64,000 bases of DNA, from positions 22,128 through 86,127 of the forward strand of contig CAZPQW010000015.1 in NCBI GenBank assembly GCA_964588985.1. Direction: 5' to 3'. How positions within the stretch are numbered: the stretch's first letter is position 1; each line of letters begins with the position of its first letter. This DNA comes from an uncultured Solirubrobacteraceae bacterium. Its GTDB lineage: Bacteria > Actinomycetota > Thermoleophilia > Solirubrobacterales > Solirubrobacteraceae. Positions 9,079-18,723 of this stretch are shown here, one piece after another. The translations under genes were made by a program, and so were the position numbers. Below the pieces are notes generated by a model. The model saw only the letters and a list, made by a program, of their open reading frames with translations, was not told the DNA's origin and made no database searches.

Positions 9079-10621
9079 GCCCCTCCTCAGCGCGCAGCCG
9101 TCACCGAGAGGCGAGCGGATCGCGATCTGCGTGCTCACCGTGCTCGCCCTCGCGCTGCGTCTCACGAGCCTGTCACGCAGCCTGTTCACCGACGAGGCCT
9201 ACTCGTTCGCGCTCGCCCAGCGCGGCTTCGGCCACATGCTCGCGCTGTTCGCCTACGAATCGAACGGCACGTTGTACTCGGTCGCGCTGTGGCCGCTGAT
9301 CCGCATCTTCGGCAGCGGCGAGGCGCTCCTGCGCGCCCCCGCGCTGGTCGCGGGAGTCGCCGGCGTGCCGGCGATGTGGTGGGCCGCACGCGGGCTCGCC
9401 AGCGGTCGTGTGGCGCTGATCGCCGCCGCCCTGCTCGCGGTCAACCCGATGGCGGTCTGGTACAGCCAGGAGGCCCGCGCGTATTCGTTCATCGTGCTCG
9501 CCTGTTGCCTTGCGTTCGGGGCGCTCGCCCGTGCGCTCGCACGCGAGGACGGCGCGCGTGGCGGGGCGTGGACGGGCTACGTGGCGGCGATGACGGCGCT
9601 CGCGTACTGCCAGCTGCTCGCCGTGCCGATCGTGCTGCCCGCGCAGGCCATCCTCGCCCGGCGCAGGGGCCGCGACGGGATCCGCTGGTGGGCCGGCTCG
9701 CTGCTCGTGCTCGCGGTCTGCTGCGTGCCGCTGCTGGTCATCACTGCGATCTCGCGCGGTCGGCGCAATCCGCTCTACTGGCTGCCGAAGCCGAGCCGTG
9801 GCCTGGTGGAGCTCGCGCTGCAGGAGTTCACCGGCGGGTTCTCCGGCGTGACGGCCGTGCGCTGGCTCACGCTCGCGCTCGGCGCCGCGCTGCTCGCGGG
9901 CGCGATCTGGGGTCTGCGACGGGCAACCGCTCGGGCCGTCGACCCCACGACGCTCGCGATAGCGGCCGGCTGGGCGCTGATCCCCCCGGCGCTGCTGCTG
10001 GCGGTCTCGGTGGCGGAGCCGGTGTTCTGGCCCCGCTACGCGATCGTCGCCCTGCCCGGCCTGTGCCTCCTGGGCGGGCTGTGCGCGGAGCAGCTCTGGC
10101 GACGCCGTCAGGGCATGGCGCTCGCGTTGGCGCTGCTCGCCGGTATCGCGCTCGTGGGCGCGTATGCGGACAAGCGCCAGGCGAGCGCGCTGCAGGAGGA
10201 CTGGCCGCCGATCGCGGCGTGGCTGAGGGCCGAACGCGCGTTGGGCGAGCCGATCGTGGTGGACAACGCGCTCGTGCTCGCCTCGATGGGCTACTACGAC
10301 CAGGCGTTCAAGGCGGGCGACGGGGAGCTGGTCGTGCAGGAATGGCACGACCAGCCGTTGCCGGCCGCTTTCTACGGCTTCAAGGACCGCACCGGCTATG
10401 GGAGCTTCCCCGACGGGCCGCCGAGCGAAGCGCTGTTCTCACGCCTCGCGACGGGCCCGCGGCGAAGCGCCTGGCTGATCGTGTCCGAGGTCGATCGCGA
10501 CCTCCAGGCCGACCCCAGGACCGGCGCCGCCGTCGCGTGGGCGAGACGCCACTGCGATGTGCAGGTTCGCGAAAGCGTGGGCGTCTGGGCGCTGCACGCG
10601 ACCGGCTGCCGTTCGAGCTAG
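9071..10621 (+). CDS. GT-C membrane glycosyltransferase (GT39/PMT_2-like)
   Basis: SLFTDEAYS acidic motif in first loop, YSQEARAY, many TM helices. Confidence 0.85.
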   Translation: MSEPLLSAQPSPRGERIAICVLTVLALALRLTSLSRSLFTDEAYSFALAQRGFGHMLALFAYESNGTLYSVALWPLIRIFGSGEALLRAPALVAGVAGVPAMWWAARGLASGRVALIAAALLAVNPMAVWYSQEARAYSFIVLACCLAFGALARALAREDGARGGAWTGYVAAMTALAYCQLLAVPIVLPAQAILARRRGRDGIRWWAGSLLVLAVCCVPLLVITAISRGRRNPLYWLPKPSRGLVELALQEFTGGFSGVTAVRWLTLALGAALLAGAIWGLRRATARAVDPTTLAIAAGWALIPPALLLAVSVAEPVFWPRYAIVALPGLCLLGGLCAEQLWRRRQGMALALALLAGIALVGAYADKRQASALQEDWPPIAAWLRAERALGEPIVVDNALVLASMGYYDQAFKAGDGELVVQEWHDQPLPAAFYGFKDRTGYGSFPDGPPSEALFSRLATGPRRSAWLIVSEVDRDLQADPRTGAAVAWARRHCDVQVRESVGVWALHATGCRSS

Positions 10622-10641
10622 CCGCGTCCGGCGAGCGCAAG

Positions 10642-11412
10642 TCAGCGGCGCCAGGGCCAGGGTCGTTGCGCAGCGCGCGCGGGCAGGTGTTCGAGCGCGG
10701 GCCGAGGGGGGATCGGTCCGCCGTGGAGGATCGCCGCGGGCACCTCCTCGGCGAGCCACTCCGTCAGCTCGCCCAACCCGGCCTGCTCGAGCTCTTCGCG
10801 GATGCCCGGGGCGCGGCCCTCGAGGTCGTGCGCGTCGGAGGCCACGTTGTGGACCAGCTCTTCCTCCACCAGCTGCATGGCGAAACGGCGCACCGTGCCC
10901 CCGAAGCGACCGACGAGCGACCCCGCGGTGATCGACGTCAACACGCCGTCCGCCACGAGCGAGCGCAGCATGCCGGGATCGCGATGGATCGCGGGACAGC
11001 GCTCCGGATGGGCGAGCAGGATGCGGTGCCCTCGACTCTGCAGCTCTGCCGCGACCGGCTCGAGCGTCGGGGCCACGGGTGCGAACGGCGGCTCGAGCAG
11101 GATCCACTCGCCCCCACCGAGACGCAGCCGCTCCAGCTGAGGACCCTCGATCTCCGCGACCGCGGTCATGGCGATCTCCGCGCCCGGGAGGATCTCGATC
11201 TCCACACCCTCCGCCGCGAGCCGCTCGGTCAGCTCGTCCACGCGAGCGCGGATCGTCTCCGGCCGGTTGGGGTAGCGCGCGCTCACGTGCGGCGTCGCGA
11301 CGATCGTTCGCACCCCCGCCGCGGCCGAGGCGCGCGCCAGAGCCAGCGAGCCCTCGATCGTCTCCGGCCCGTCGTCGATGCCCGGGAGCACGTGGCAGTG
11401 GAGGTCGATCAC
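10642..11412 (-). CDS. PHP-family protein-tyrosine phosphatase (CpsB/CapC/YwqE-like)
   Basis: DLHCHVLPGIDDG, ATPH, AHPER, ASDAH; GTG 11412 is 8 nt after TAACGT. Confidence 0.92.
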   Translation of the reverse strand: MIDLHCHVLPGIDDGPETIEGSLALARASAAAGVRTIVATPHVSARYPNRPETIRARVDELTERLAAEGVEIEILPGAEIAMTAVAEIEGPQLERLRLGGGEWILLEPPFAPVAPTLEPVAAELQSRGHRILLAHPERCPAIHRDPGMLRSLVADGVLTSITAGSLVGRFGGTVRRFAMQLVEEELVHNVASDAHDLEGRAPGIREELEQAGLGELTEWLAEEVPAAILHGGPIPPRPALEHLPARAAQRPWPWRR

Positions 11413-11477
11413 TCGGACATACGTTAGGTCAGAGACCGGTCCTCCCCCAACGCCCACGCGGCGGTTATGATCGTGGC

Positions 11478-11921
11478 GTGTTCAAGTCGATCGTTGTCGG
11501 AACCGACGGCTCGGAGACTGCCACGAAGGCGGTCCGTCAGGCGGCCGACCTCGCTCGCTCGGTGGGCGCCAAGCTCGAGCTGGTCAGCGCGTATGAACCT
11601 GTCCCCGCCCAGCGCCTGAGCGACGAACGTCGTCAGGCGCCCGAGGACCTGCAATGGGCGATCAACCCGCGCGAGGATGTCGACGCGACGCTCGAGGCGG
11701 CCGCGGCCGTCGCGCGCGAGGCCGGCGTCGAGGTGGACGTGTACGCCCGCCAGGGCGACCCTGCGGATGCGATTCTCGATGTCGCCGAGGAGCGCGAAGC
11801 CGACCTGATCGTGGTGGGCAACAAGGGCATGACCGGCGCCAAGCGCTTCCTGTTGGGCTCGGTGCCCAACAAGGTCTCACATCACGCGCCGTGCTCGGTG
11901 CTGATCATCCGCACCAGCTGA
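11478..11921 (+). CDS. Universal stress protein
   Basis: IVVGTDGS and DLIVVGNKG...LLGSVP motifs; TATGAT 6 nt before GTG 11478. Confidence 0.93.
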   Translation: MFKSIVVGTDGSETATKAVRQAADLARSVGAKLELVSAYEPVPAQRLSDERRQAPEDLQWAINPREDVDATLEAAAAVAREAGVEVDVYARQGDPADAILDVAEEREADLIVVGNKGMTGAKRFLLGSVPNKVSHHAPCSVLIIRTS

Positions 11922-11932
11922 GCGGCCGGCGG

Positions 11933-13015
11933 CTAGCTCGCCATCCACCACTCGCCGTCGAGCCGCGTCATCAGCGCGTGCCCGGAGGTGACGGCGCCGA
12001 GCAGGTCGGTGTCGCGGGCGTGGATCAGCGAGCGTGCGCTGAAGCGGAAGAGCGCCCCGCGGTGGGCGACCTCCGCCAGCAGGTTCGCCTCGACGCGCCC
12101 CTGCACCGCCGCGCCGCCGTGCGCGACGGCGTGCGCGAACAGGCTGTCGAGCACCGCGCCCATCTGGCGCTCGCGCGCCGCTATCTGCAGGACCTGGCAA
12201 GCCTCGTCCCGCTTGGCGTAGTAGATGTACCAGCCGAGCATGCGCCCGGCGGCGTCGCGGACGAGGCGCCGGTGCGGAGTGCCCCAGGTGCGGTTGTGGG
12301 GCAGCTCCGCGAACAGCCACTCCAACCCCTCGACCGTGTAGTCGGGCACCAGCCGCAGCGACTTCGCCACCGCCGGCAGGCTGTCCAGTAACAGCTCGGG
12401 CGTGAGCTCCTCGTCGGTCGTGGTCAGGCCCGTGGGCGCCTTGAAATAGCGCAGCCGCTCGGTCGGGATGTCCAGCAGCGGGAGCAGCCGCCGCGCGCGC
12501 GGCTTGATGTGCTCGCGCACGTGCAGGTTGATCTGCATTGCGCGATTGCCGGTGTAGCTAAGCGGGCGAAACACGCGCACCCACACCATGCTGCTCGGGT
12601 GCATCATCTGCCCGCCCACCAGTTCGAAGATCTGGCGGATCTCGTCCGAGGCGCCGTCGGTGATCGTGAGATCCTGCGCGCCGCCGAAGAAGCGCCGCAG
12701 CAGCCTCGCCCCGACACCGAGGTTGCGGACCTTGGGGTGGGCGATCAACGGTCCGCCCGCGGCCAGCCGCACAGGTCGGCCGTCGAAGCGCATCGGGCGC
12801 ACGTGCGAGCCGATGAAGCCGAGGATCTCCCCCGAGTCGTCGACGTACACGAGGCTCGGGATCTCGGGGTCGAACCAGGGGTTGTCGAACAGCGTGCGCT
12901 CGAGCCACGGCGCGAGTTCCGCGGGCGGTATGCGCCAGTCGGAGGCGTCCACGACTTTGTACAGCTCCGCCACCTCCGGGATCTCGTCCCTGCGCATCGG
13001 GCGCATCTCGCTCAC
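11933..13015 (-). CDS. Double-GNAT-fold acyl/aminoacyl transferase
   Basis: HPKVRNLGVG motif A; 360 aa, consistent with two GNAT domains; overlaps the carrier protein gene. Confidence 0.7.
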   Translation of the reverse strand: MSEMRPMRRDEIPEVAELYKVVDASDWRIPPAELAPWLERTLFDNPWFDPEIPSLVYVDDSGEILGFIGSHVRPMRFDGRPVRLAAGGPLIAHPKVRNLGVGARLLRRFFGGAQDLTITDGASDEIRQIFELVGGQMMHPSSMVWVRVFRPLSYTGNRAMQINLHVREHIKPRARRLLPLLDIPTERLRYFKAPTGLTTTDEELTPELLLDSLPAVAKSLRLVPDYTVEGLEWLFAELPHNRTWGTPHRRLVRDAAGRMLGWYIYYAKRDEACQVLQIAARERQMGAVLDSLFAHAVAHGGAAVQGRVEANLLAEVAHRGALFRFSARSLIHARDTDLLGAVTSGHALMTRLDGEWWMAS

Positions 13016-13263
13016 GAGGACACCTCCGCCGACTCGATCATCCTGGCCATGGTCGAGAGTGTGCGCAGGGAATCGATCTCCAGCGAGTCGAGCGGGATCT
13101 CGATCCCGAACTCCTGCTCGATCGCGAACAGCAGCGACACGAGCGTGAGGGAGTCCAGCAGCGCCCCATCGATGATGTCGAGGTCCGGCGCGGGCGCGGA
13201 CATGCTGAGCGTGTCCTCGAAGATGCGCCCGATGCGCGCGACGATCTCCTGTTCACTCGTCAT
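13012..13263 (-). CDS. Acyl/aminoacyl carrier protein
   Basis: 83 aa, acidic, LDSL phosphopantetheine site, EQEFGIEIP. Confidence 0.92.
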   Translation of the reverse strand: MTSEQEIVARIGRIFEDTLSMSAPAPDLDIIDGALLDSLTLVSLLFAIEQEFGIEIPLDSLEIDSLRTLSTMARMIESAEVSS

Positions 13264-14818
13264 TGGATAGCGCCGCGAATCGTTCTTTGAGCAGCCGTCG
13301 GTCGGCCTTGCCGCTCACGTTGCGCGGGAGCGATTCGAGCTCGAGCCATTGCGTGGGCAGCATGTAGCTAGGCAACGTGTCGGCAAGCGCGCTGCGCAGC
13401 TTGAGCTGGTCCAGCTCGGCGCCCACGCGTGGCGACCAGGCGCAGCAGATGCTCGCGCCCTCGAAGCCGTCGCTCTCCACCGCCACCACCGCGCATTCCG
13501 CCACGCCGTCGACTGCGGTGAGGGCGGTCTCGATCTCACCCAGCTCGATGCGGTAGCCGCGGCTCTTGATCTGGGAGTCCACGCGTCCCACGTAGTGCAG
13601 GACGCCGTCCTCGTCCACGCGTCCGAGGTCGCCCGTGCGATACAGGCGCAGGCCGCTGTCGTGATGGACGACGAACGCCGCGTCGGTCTTCTCCCGGTCG
13701 CGCCAGTAGCCGGGGCTCAGTCCCGCGCCCTCGATGTACAGCTCGCCGATCTCACCGGGCGCCACCGTCCGCAGCTGCTCGTCGAGCACGACGATGTCCT
13801 CGCCTGCGCAGGGAACGCCGATCGGGATCGGCACGGTGGTGTCCCGCGGAGCGCTCTCGACGGTGTGAAAGCTCGACGCGATCGTCGCCTCGGTCGGCCC
13901 GTACAGGTTCGTGTAGCTCGGCTGGGGCACGCGCTCCATCCAGTGGGCGAGCACCGCTGGCGCGAGCACCTCTCCGCACCAGATCACGCGACGCAGCGCG
14001 GGGAAGTCTGCCTCCTCGATCGCGTTTCCGCTGACCATGTAGGCGAACGTGGAGGGCACCGAGAACCACTGCGTGAGCTCCGAGTCGCGGATGAACCGCG
14101 CGAGCTGCGAAGGCAGCAGCGTGCCCGGTGGAACCAGGTGCAGCTCCGCGCCGCTGGAGAGCGTGCCGTAGATGTCGAACGTGGAGAGGTCGAAGTGCAG
14201 CGGCGGGTGGCCGGAGATGCGATCGCCCGGACGGTGGCCGAAGTGGGCGAGCGCCCAATCGAGGAACGCGCTCACCATCGCGTGTGTGATCACGACGCCC
14301 TTGGGCGTGCCGGTGGAGCCGGAGGTGAACAGGATGTGCGCGGGATCGGAGGGTGAGCTCGCGGTGGGGAGGGGCGCGTCGTCGAGGCTCGAGAACGCCT
14401 CGGGTCCGAACGCCGCCTGCTCGAGTGCGCCCTCGACGGAGCCCAGCTCCGTTCCGCCCAGCTCGAGCGTGTCCGCGAGCTTGCCCGCCTTCTCACACGC
14501 GAGCACCAGCCGCGGCTCGGCGGAGGAGAGAATCTTGTTCACGCGCGGGGCGGGGCTCGCGATGTCCACCGGTACGTACACGCCGCCTGCCTTGAGCGTC
14601 GCCAGCATGCTCACGATCGCCATCGGCGCCTTCGGCTGCAGCAGCACCACGCGATCGCCCTGACGGACGCCCCGTTCGAGCAGCAGCCGTGCGAGCTGGT
14701 TGCTCGTGCGCTCCAGCTCGCCGTAGGTGAGCTCCTGCGAGCCCATCGCCACGGCGCGTGCGGTCGGCCGCTCCCGCGCGGAGAGTGAGACTCGCTCGTG
14801 CAGCAGCATCGGCGCCAT
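13253..14818 (-). CDS. Stand-alone amino acid adenylation enzyme (DltA-like)
   Basis: FTSGSTGTPKG, FDLS, YGPTE, YRTGD, GYRIELGEIE, SGKADR. Confidence 0.92.
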   Translation of the reverse strand: MAPMLLHERVSLSARERPTARAVAMGSQELTYGELERTSNQLARLLLERGVRQGDRVVLLQPKAPMAIVSMLATLKAGGVYVPVDIASPAPRVNKILSSAEPRLVLACEKAGKLADTLELGGTELGSVEGALEQAAFGPEAFSSLDDAPLPTASSPSDPAHILFTSGSTGTPKGVVITHAMVSAFLDWALAHFGHRPGDRISGHPPLHFDLSTFDIYGTLSSGAELHLVPPGTLLPSQLARFIRDSELTQWFSVPSTFAYMVSGNAIEEADFPALRRVIWCGEVLAPAVLAHWMERVPQPSYTNLYGPTEATIASSFHTVESAPRDTTVPIPIGVPCAGEDIVVLDEQLRTVAPGEIGELYIEGAGLSPGYWRDREKTDAAFVVHHDSGLRLYRTGDLGRVDEDGVLHYVGRVDSQIKSRGYRIELGEIETALTAVDGVAECAVVAVESDGFEGASICCAWSPRVGAELDQLKLRSALADTLPSYMLPTQWLELESLPRNVSGKADRRLLKERFAALSNDE

Positions 14819-14836
14819 CCCAGCCAGCTCCTGCGC

Positions 14837-15829
14837 TCAGGACGCGTTCGCCCGCGCCTGCTCGAAAACCACACCGATGTGGTGCAGCTCCTCCTCGGAG
14901 GCGGGTATGTCGAGGATGAAAGAGTGAAAGCCGAGGTCGACGTAGCGGCCGAGCTCGGCCGCGACCTGCTCGTGGCTGCCGACCAGGTAGGGGCAGAACG
15001 TGGCGTAGTTCTCGAACGGCCACAGCCAGTAGGGGTCGTCCTCGACCGCCGTCTGCGCCGCCATGTCCGACAGCTGGCGATGCCAGTGTGAATCGGACAC
15101 CTTCATCGCGAGCTTGTGCGCGATCTGACCCTTGCGGTCGTCGGGGAAACGCTCGCGTGCGACGCTCCACGCCTCCTCGCCGCTCTCGCGCGTGACGATG
15201 CCCACACGTATCCCGGAGGCCTCGCCGCCCTGGTCGGCCTCTTCGCCGGAGCGCTTGGGGTACTTCACCGGCACCGCGCCGATCCGCCCGGCCGCCTCGA
15301 GCCCGGCCGGCGATGACCCGGAGATGAACAGGCCGGGTTGCAGATCGCTCGACAGCTCGGGGGCGAGACTCAGGTTTGACACCGAGTAGTACTCACCTGT
15401 GAAGGTGACGGTCTCGCCCGCCAACAGGCGTGTGACGATCTGGGTGTACTCCACCGTGCGCTCGTAGCGCTCGTCGTGAGGTGTGTCGTCACACAGCGCG
15501 AGCAGGTCGTTGCGAAATCCTCCCGCGACCATGTTCAGGTACACGCGACGCCCGTGGAGATACCCGAGCGTGCTCACCATCTTCGCGACCGAGTACGGAT
15601 GCATGTACGCGGACTGCACCGCCACGAGCGGCGCGAGGCGCTCGGTGTGTTCGATGACCGTCTGGGAGACGAGCCACGGGTCGGCGATGCCGTTGTCCGT
15701 GTAGACGAGCATCCCCTCGCATCCGGCCGCCTCGCTCCAGCGGGCCGTGTCGATCACGCGCTGTAAGTACTCGTCCGGCGAACTGTCCCGGGATTGCGGA
15801 CAGGTCGAGAATATGGCGAGGTCGGGCAC
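14837..15829 (-). CDS. LLM-class flavin-dependent oxidoreductase
   Basis: Luciferase-like motifs HPYSVAKMVSTL, LNMVAGG, FTGEYY, SGSSPAG; AGAGGA RBS. Confidence 0.88.
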   Translation of the reverse strand: MPDLAIFSTCPQSRDSSPDEYLQRVIDTARWSEAAGCEGMLVYTDNGIADPWLVSQTVIEHTERLAPLVAVQSAYMHPYSVAKMVSTLGYLHGRRVYLNMVAGGFRNDLLALCDDTPHDERYERTVEYTQIVTRLLAGETVTFTGEYYSVSNLSLAPELSSDLQPGLFISGSSPAGLEAAGRIGAVPVKYPKRSGEEADQGGEASGIRVGIVTRESGEEAWSVARERFPDDRKGQIAHKLAMKVSDSHWHRQLSDMAAQTAVEDDPYWLWPFENYATFCPYLVGSHEQVAAELGRYVDLGFHSFILDIPASEEELHHIGVVFEQARANAS

Positions 15830-15865
15830 GGTGTTGTTTTCCTCTTGGCCGCGAGTCTAGGCCAC

Positions 15866-17617
15866 TCAGCGCTTGCGCACAAGGAAATCCTCGAGGAACA
15901 GCGCCTCGATGCCCGTTCCCAGAAATGTGTCCAATGCCTCGGCGGGAGTGTTCACGATCGCCTGGCCTTTGACGTTGAAGCTCGTGTTGAGGAGCATCCT
16001 GCGTCCGGTGTGAGCGCCGACCGACTCGAGCAGCGTGTGAAACTCGCCGTTGTCCTCCTTTGAGACGGTCTGCACGCGCGCGGATCCGTCCACGTGTGTG
16101 ATCGCCGGAAGTCCCGCGCGATGCTCGGGGCGAACGTCGCGGTTGATCGTCATATAGGGGAGCGCCGTTCCGGCCGGGGCGTCGAACCAGCGATCGACCT
16201 CCTCGAGCGCAACGGCGGGCGCGAACGGACGGAACGACTCGCGCATCTTCACCAGCGCGTTCACACGGTCGCGCATGTCCGCCCTCCCTGGATCGGCGAG
16301 GATCGAGCGGTGCCCGAGGGCGCGAGGGCCGAACTCCATCCGCCCGCGGTACCACGCGATCACCTCGCCCGCCGCGATCAGCCGTGCCGCGGACTCGCAC
16401 ACCTCGTCCAACGACCCCAGGCGCGTCGCCTCGACACGGTCGTCGTAATCGCCGAGCGCGCTTTCGATCGACTCGACCGAGTGCGCGGGACCGTAGAACG
16501 GGGTGGGAGAGCGACGGTTGACGATCTCGCCGGCAAGCGATGCGCGATGCAGCGCCGCGCCGAGCGCGGAGCCATCGTCGGCGGCGGCCGGCTGGACGTA
16601 TATCTCCTCGAACGCGCCCGACGCGAGCAGCTTGCCGTTCGCGGTCGTGTTCAGCGCCACCCCGCCCGCCAGCGCCAGCCGCCTCATCGAGAGCTGCCTG
16701 CCGAAGTGCGAGCACGTGTGCTGGATGGCCCGATCGAGACACGCCTGCAGGCCGGCCGCCACATCCTCGTGCTCGGAGGCGATCTCCGACTCCGGCTCGC
16801 GCGCCGCGATCAGTCGTTCCCCCAGATACCGCCGCGCGGCGAGGTGGTTCTCGCGCTCCTCGCGCTCGCCGAGCTTCAACGCCGCGATGCTCCAGCCGCC
16901 GTCGTCGGTGAACCGCACCGCGTCGTCGAAGAAAGCGCGGAAGCGCTCGGGGTCTCCGTATGGGGCGAGGCCCATGATCTTGTACTCGTCGGAGTTGAAG
17001 TCGAAGCCGAGGTGCAGCGTGATGAGCGAGTAGAAGATTCCGATCGAGTCGGCCGCGGAGATCCTGTGGATCAGCTCCAGCGTCCCACCGCTCGTCCTGT
17101 AGATGGACGCTCCGTGCGCCTCGCCCATGCCGTCGATCACAGCCACCATGCACTCCTCCCAGCCGGAGGTGAAGTACGCGGAGGCGGCGTGGGAGAGATG
17201 GTGGTCGACGTGCCGAATGCGATCCGTGGGGAACTCCGGGAAAGCGTCGGCGACCCTTGCGGCGAAGGCCTGCGGTGAAAGCACTTCGCGATACAGCTCG
17301 CTCGAGACGGGGCTGAGGGAATACGGCACGCGATATGGCCCGTAGTCGAACGAGTGCACGATCTCGTCGACGTCCGACAGCCGCAGGCCGGCCTGCGCGA
17401 GGCACGCTTCGATCGCCCCGACCGGGAAGTCGCCGGTGTGCTTGCGGCGAGCGATGCGCTCCTCGGCGACGGCGGCGACGACCTCGCCGTCGATCACGAG
17501 TGCGGCCGCCGAATCGTGCCCCTGCGAGATGCGGTATTCGCGCTCCTGCAGATCGGGCCAGTGCCGACGCTTGAAATCCATCGTCCCGTCGATGCCGGAG
17601 ACGCCGACGATCCTCAT
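15866..17617 (-). CDS. O-carbamoyltransferase (NodU/CmcH/TobZ family)
   Basis: HDSAAA, EER, HHLSHAASA, DGMGE, EYKIMGLAPYG, EFGPRALGHRS, RESFRPFAP, NTSFN; start ATG 17617. Confidence 0.95.
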   Translation of the reverse strand: MRIVGVSGIDGTMDFKRRHWPDLQEREYRISQGHDSAAALVIDGEVVAAVAEERIARRKHTGDFPVGAIEACLAQAGLRLSDVDEIVHSFDYGPYRVPYSLSPVSSELYREVLSPQAFAARVADAFPEFPTDRIRHVDHHLSHAASAYFTSGWEECMVAVIDGMGEAHGASIYRTSGGTLELIHRISAADSIGIFYSLITLHLGFDFNSDEYKIMGLAPYGDPERFRAFFDDAVRFTDDGGWSIAALKLGEREERENHLAARRYLGERLIAAREPESEIASEHEDVAAGLQACLDRAIQHTCSHFGRQLSMRRLALAGGVALNTTANGKLLASGAFEEIYVQPAAADDGSALGAALHRASLAGEIVNRRSPTPFYGPAHSVESIESALGDYDDRVEATRLGSLDEVCESAARLIAAGEVIAWYRGRMEFGPRALGHRSILADPGRADMRDRVNALVKMRESFRPFAPAVALEEVDRWFDAPAGTALPYMTINRDVRPEHRAGLPAITHVDGSARVQTVSKEDNGEFHTLLESVGAHTGRRMLLNTSFNVKGQAIVNTPAEALDTFLGTGIEALFLEDFLVRKR

Positions 17618-17689
17618 CGCTCTGAGGTCCCTGCGGCTGTGACGAATCCGGTCGGGCCCATGGAAGCCTCGGTAGCCTACCTGGCCCGG

Positions 17690-18709
17690 ATGCGTCCTCT
17701 CGTGGTGCCATACCTGTACGTTCACGGCCCCGGCGAGTCGTTCGACTATCCCTCCAGCCGCTCGCAGGGACGATCCGCGCAGCTTGCGGCCCGCTACCTG
17801 GAGTGCGTGCTCGTGCAGGCCGGCTCGCTGCGACTGCGCGATGTCGACTGCGACGTGGCGCTCGTCACCAACGTTGCGGATCGAAGCGCCGTGGGCAGAC
17901 GCGGCGCGCGCCTGCTGGAGGAGATCGAGGCGCTTGGAGTGGAGGTCGTGCACGCCGACTACGAGCACCGTCCGTCCGTGGAGATCGCCACGTTCGCCGC
18001 CTCCAGGTACGTATTCGACGCGATCGCCGCGGTCGCCGGCGAGGGAGCCCCGCAGCGGCAGATCTGGCTCGTGGACGTGGACTGCGTGTGGGTCGATCCG
18101 GCGAAGGTGTTCGCCGCCGCGCCCGCCTCCCCGGGCATCGGCTGCATCCACATCCCCTACCCGCCCGACTGGGAGCTGTACGGGTTCACGCCTCAGACGA
18201 TGGGCGAGCTCGCGCATCGCCTCGGCGCCTCAGACACCTCACTGCGGTGGGTGGGCGGCGAGCTGCTGGCGGGAACGACCGTGGACCTGCGCGCGCTTGT
18301 CTCCGACTGCGAGCAGCTCGAGCGCGAGCTGGCCGCGCAGGGTCAGGCGCTCACGACCGAGGAGCAGCTGCTCTCGCTCGCGGGCGCGCTCGGACGCGTC
18401 CAGTTCCACGACATGTCGAGCGTCGCGCAGCGCATCTGGACCGGTCCGCGCCACGGCGCTCCCGCGGTCAGCTCGCCGGGGTCGCTCGGGCTGTGGCACC
18501 TGCCGAGCGAGAAGGGCCTCGGCTTTCGCCGCGCCGCGCGCGCGATCGTCTCGGGGCACGCCGGGCGCCTCGTTCGCGACCTCGACTCGCCGGAGCGCGC
18601 GCTCAAGCGGTTCAACGTGGCGGGCGCCGGCCTGCCCCGCCGGATTCGCGACGACAGCTGGCTGACGATGCAGCGGCTGCGCGATCGCCTGCTGTCCAGG
18701 GCCGGGTAG
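17690..18709 (+). CDS. Hypothetical protein, possibly a divergent GT-A glycosyltransferase
   Basis: DVDCVW (DxD), WVGGE, TEEQLLS, WHLPSEK; start uncertain (17660 or 17690). Confidence 0.6.
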   Translation: MRPLVVPYLYVHGPGESFDYPSSRSQGRSAQLAARYLECVLVQAGSLRLRDVDCDVALVTNVADRSAVGRRGARLLEEIEALGVEVVHADYEHRPSVEIATFAASRYVFDAIAAVAGEGAPQRQIWLVDVDCVWVDPAKVFAAAPASPGIGCIHIPYPPDWELYGFTPQTMGELAHRLGASDTSLRWVGGELLAGTTVDLRALVSDCEQLERELAAQGQALTTEEQLLSLAGALGRVQFHDMSSVAQRIWTGPRHGAPAVSSPGSLGLWHLPSEKGLGFRRAARAIVSGHAGRLVRDLDSPERALKRFNVAGAGLPRRIRDDSWLTMQRLRDRLLSRAG

Positions 18710-18723
18710 TTACCCTCGTGGCT

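Noticed and set aside
13012-14818. NRPS or canonical dlt operon
   Set aside because: No condensation or thioesterase domain; no DltB (MBOAT) or DltD
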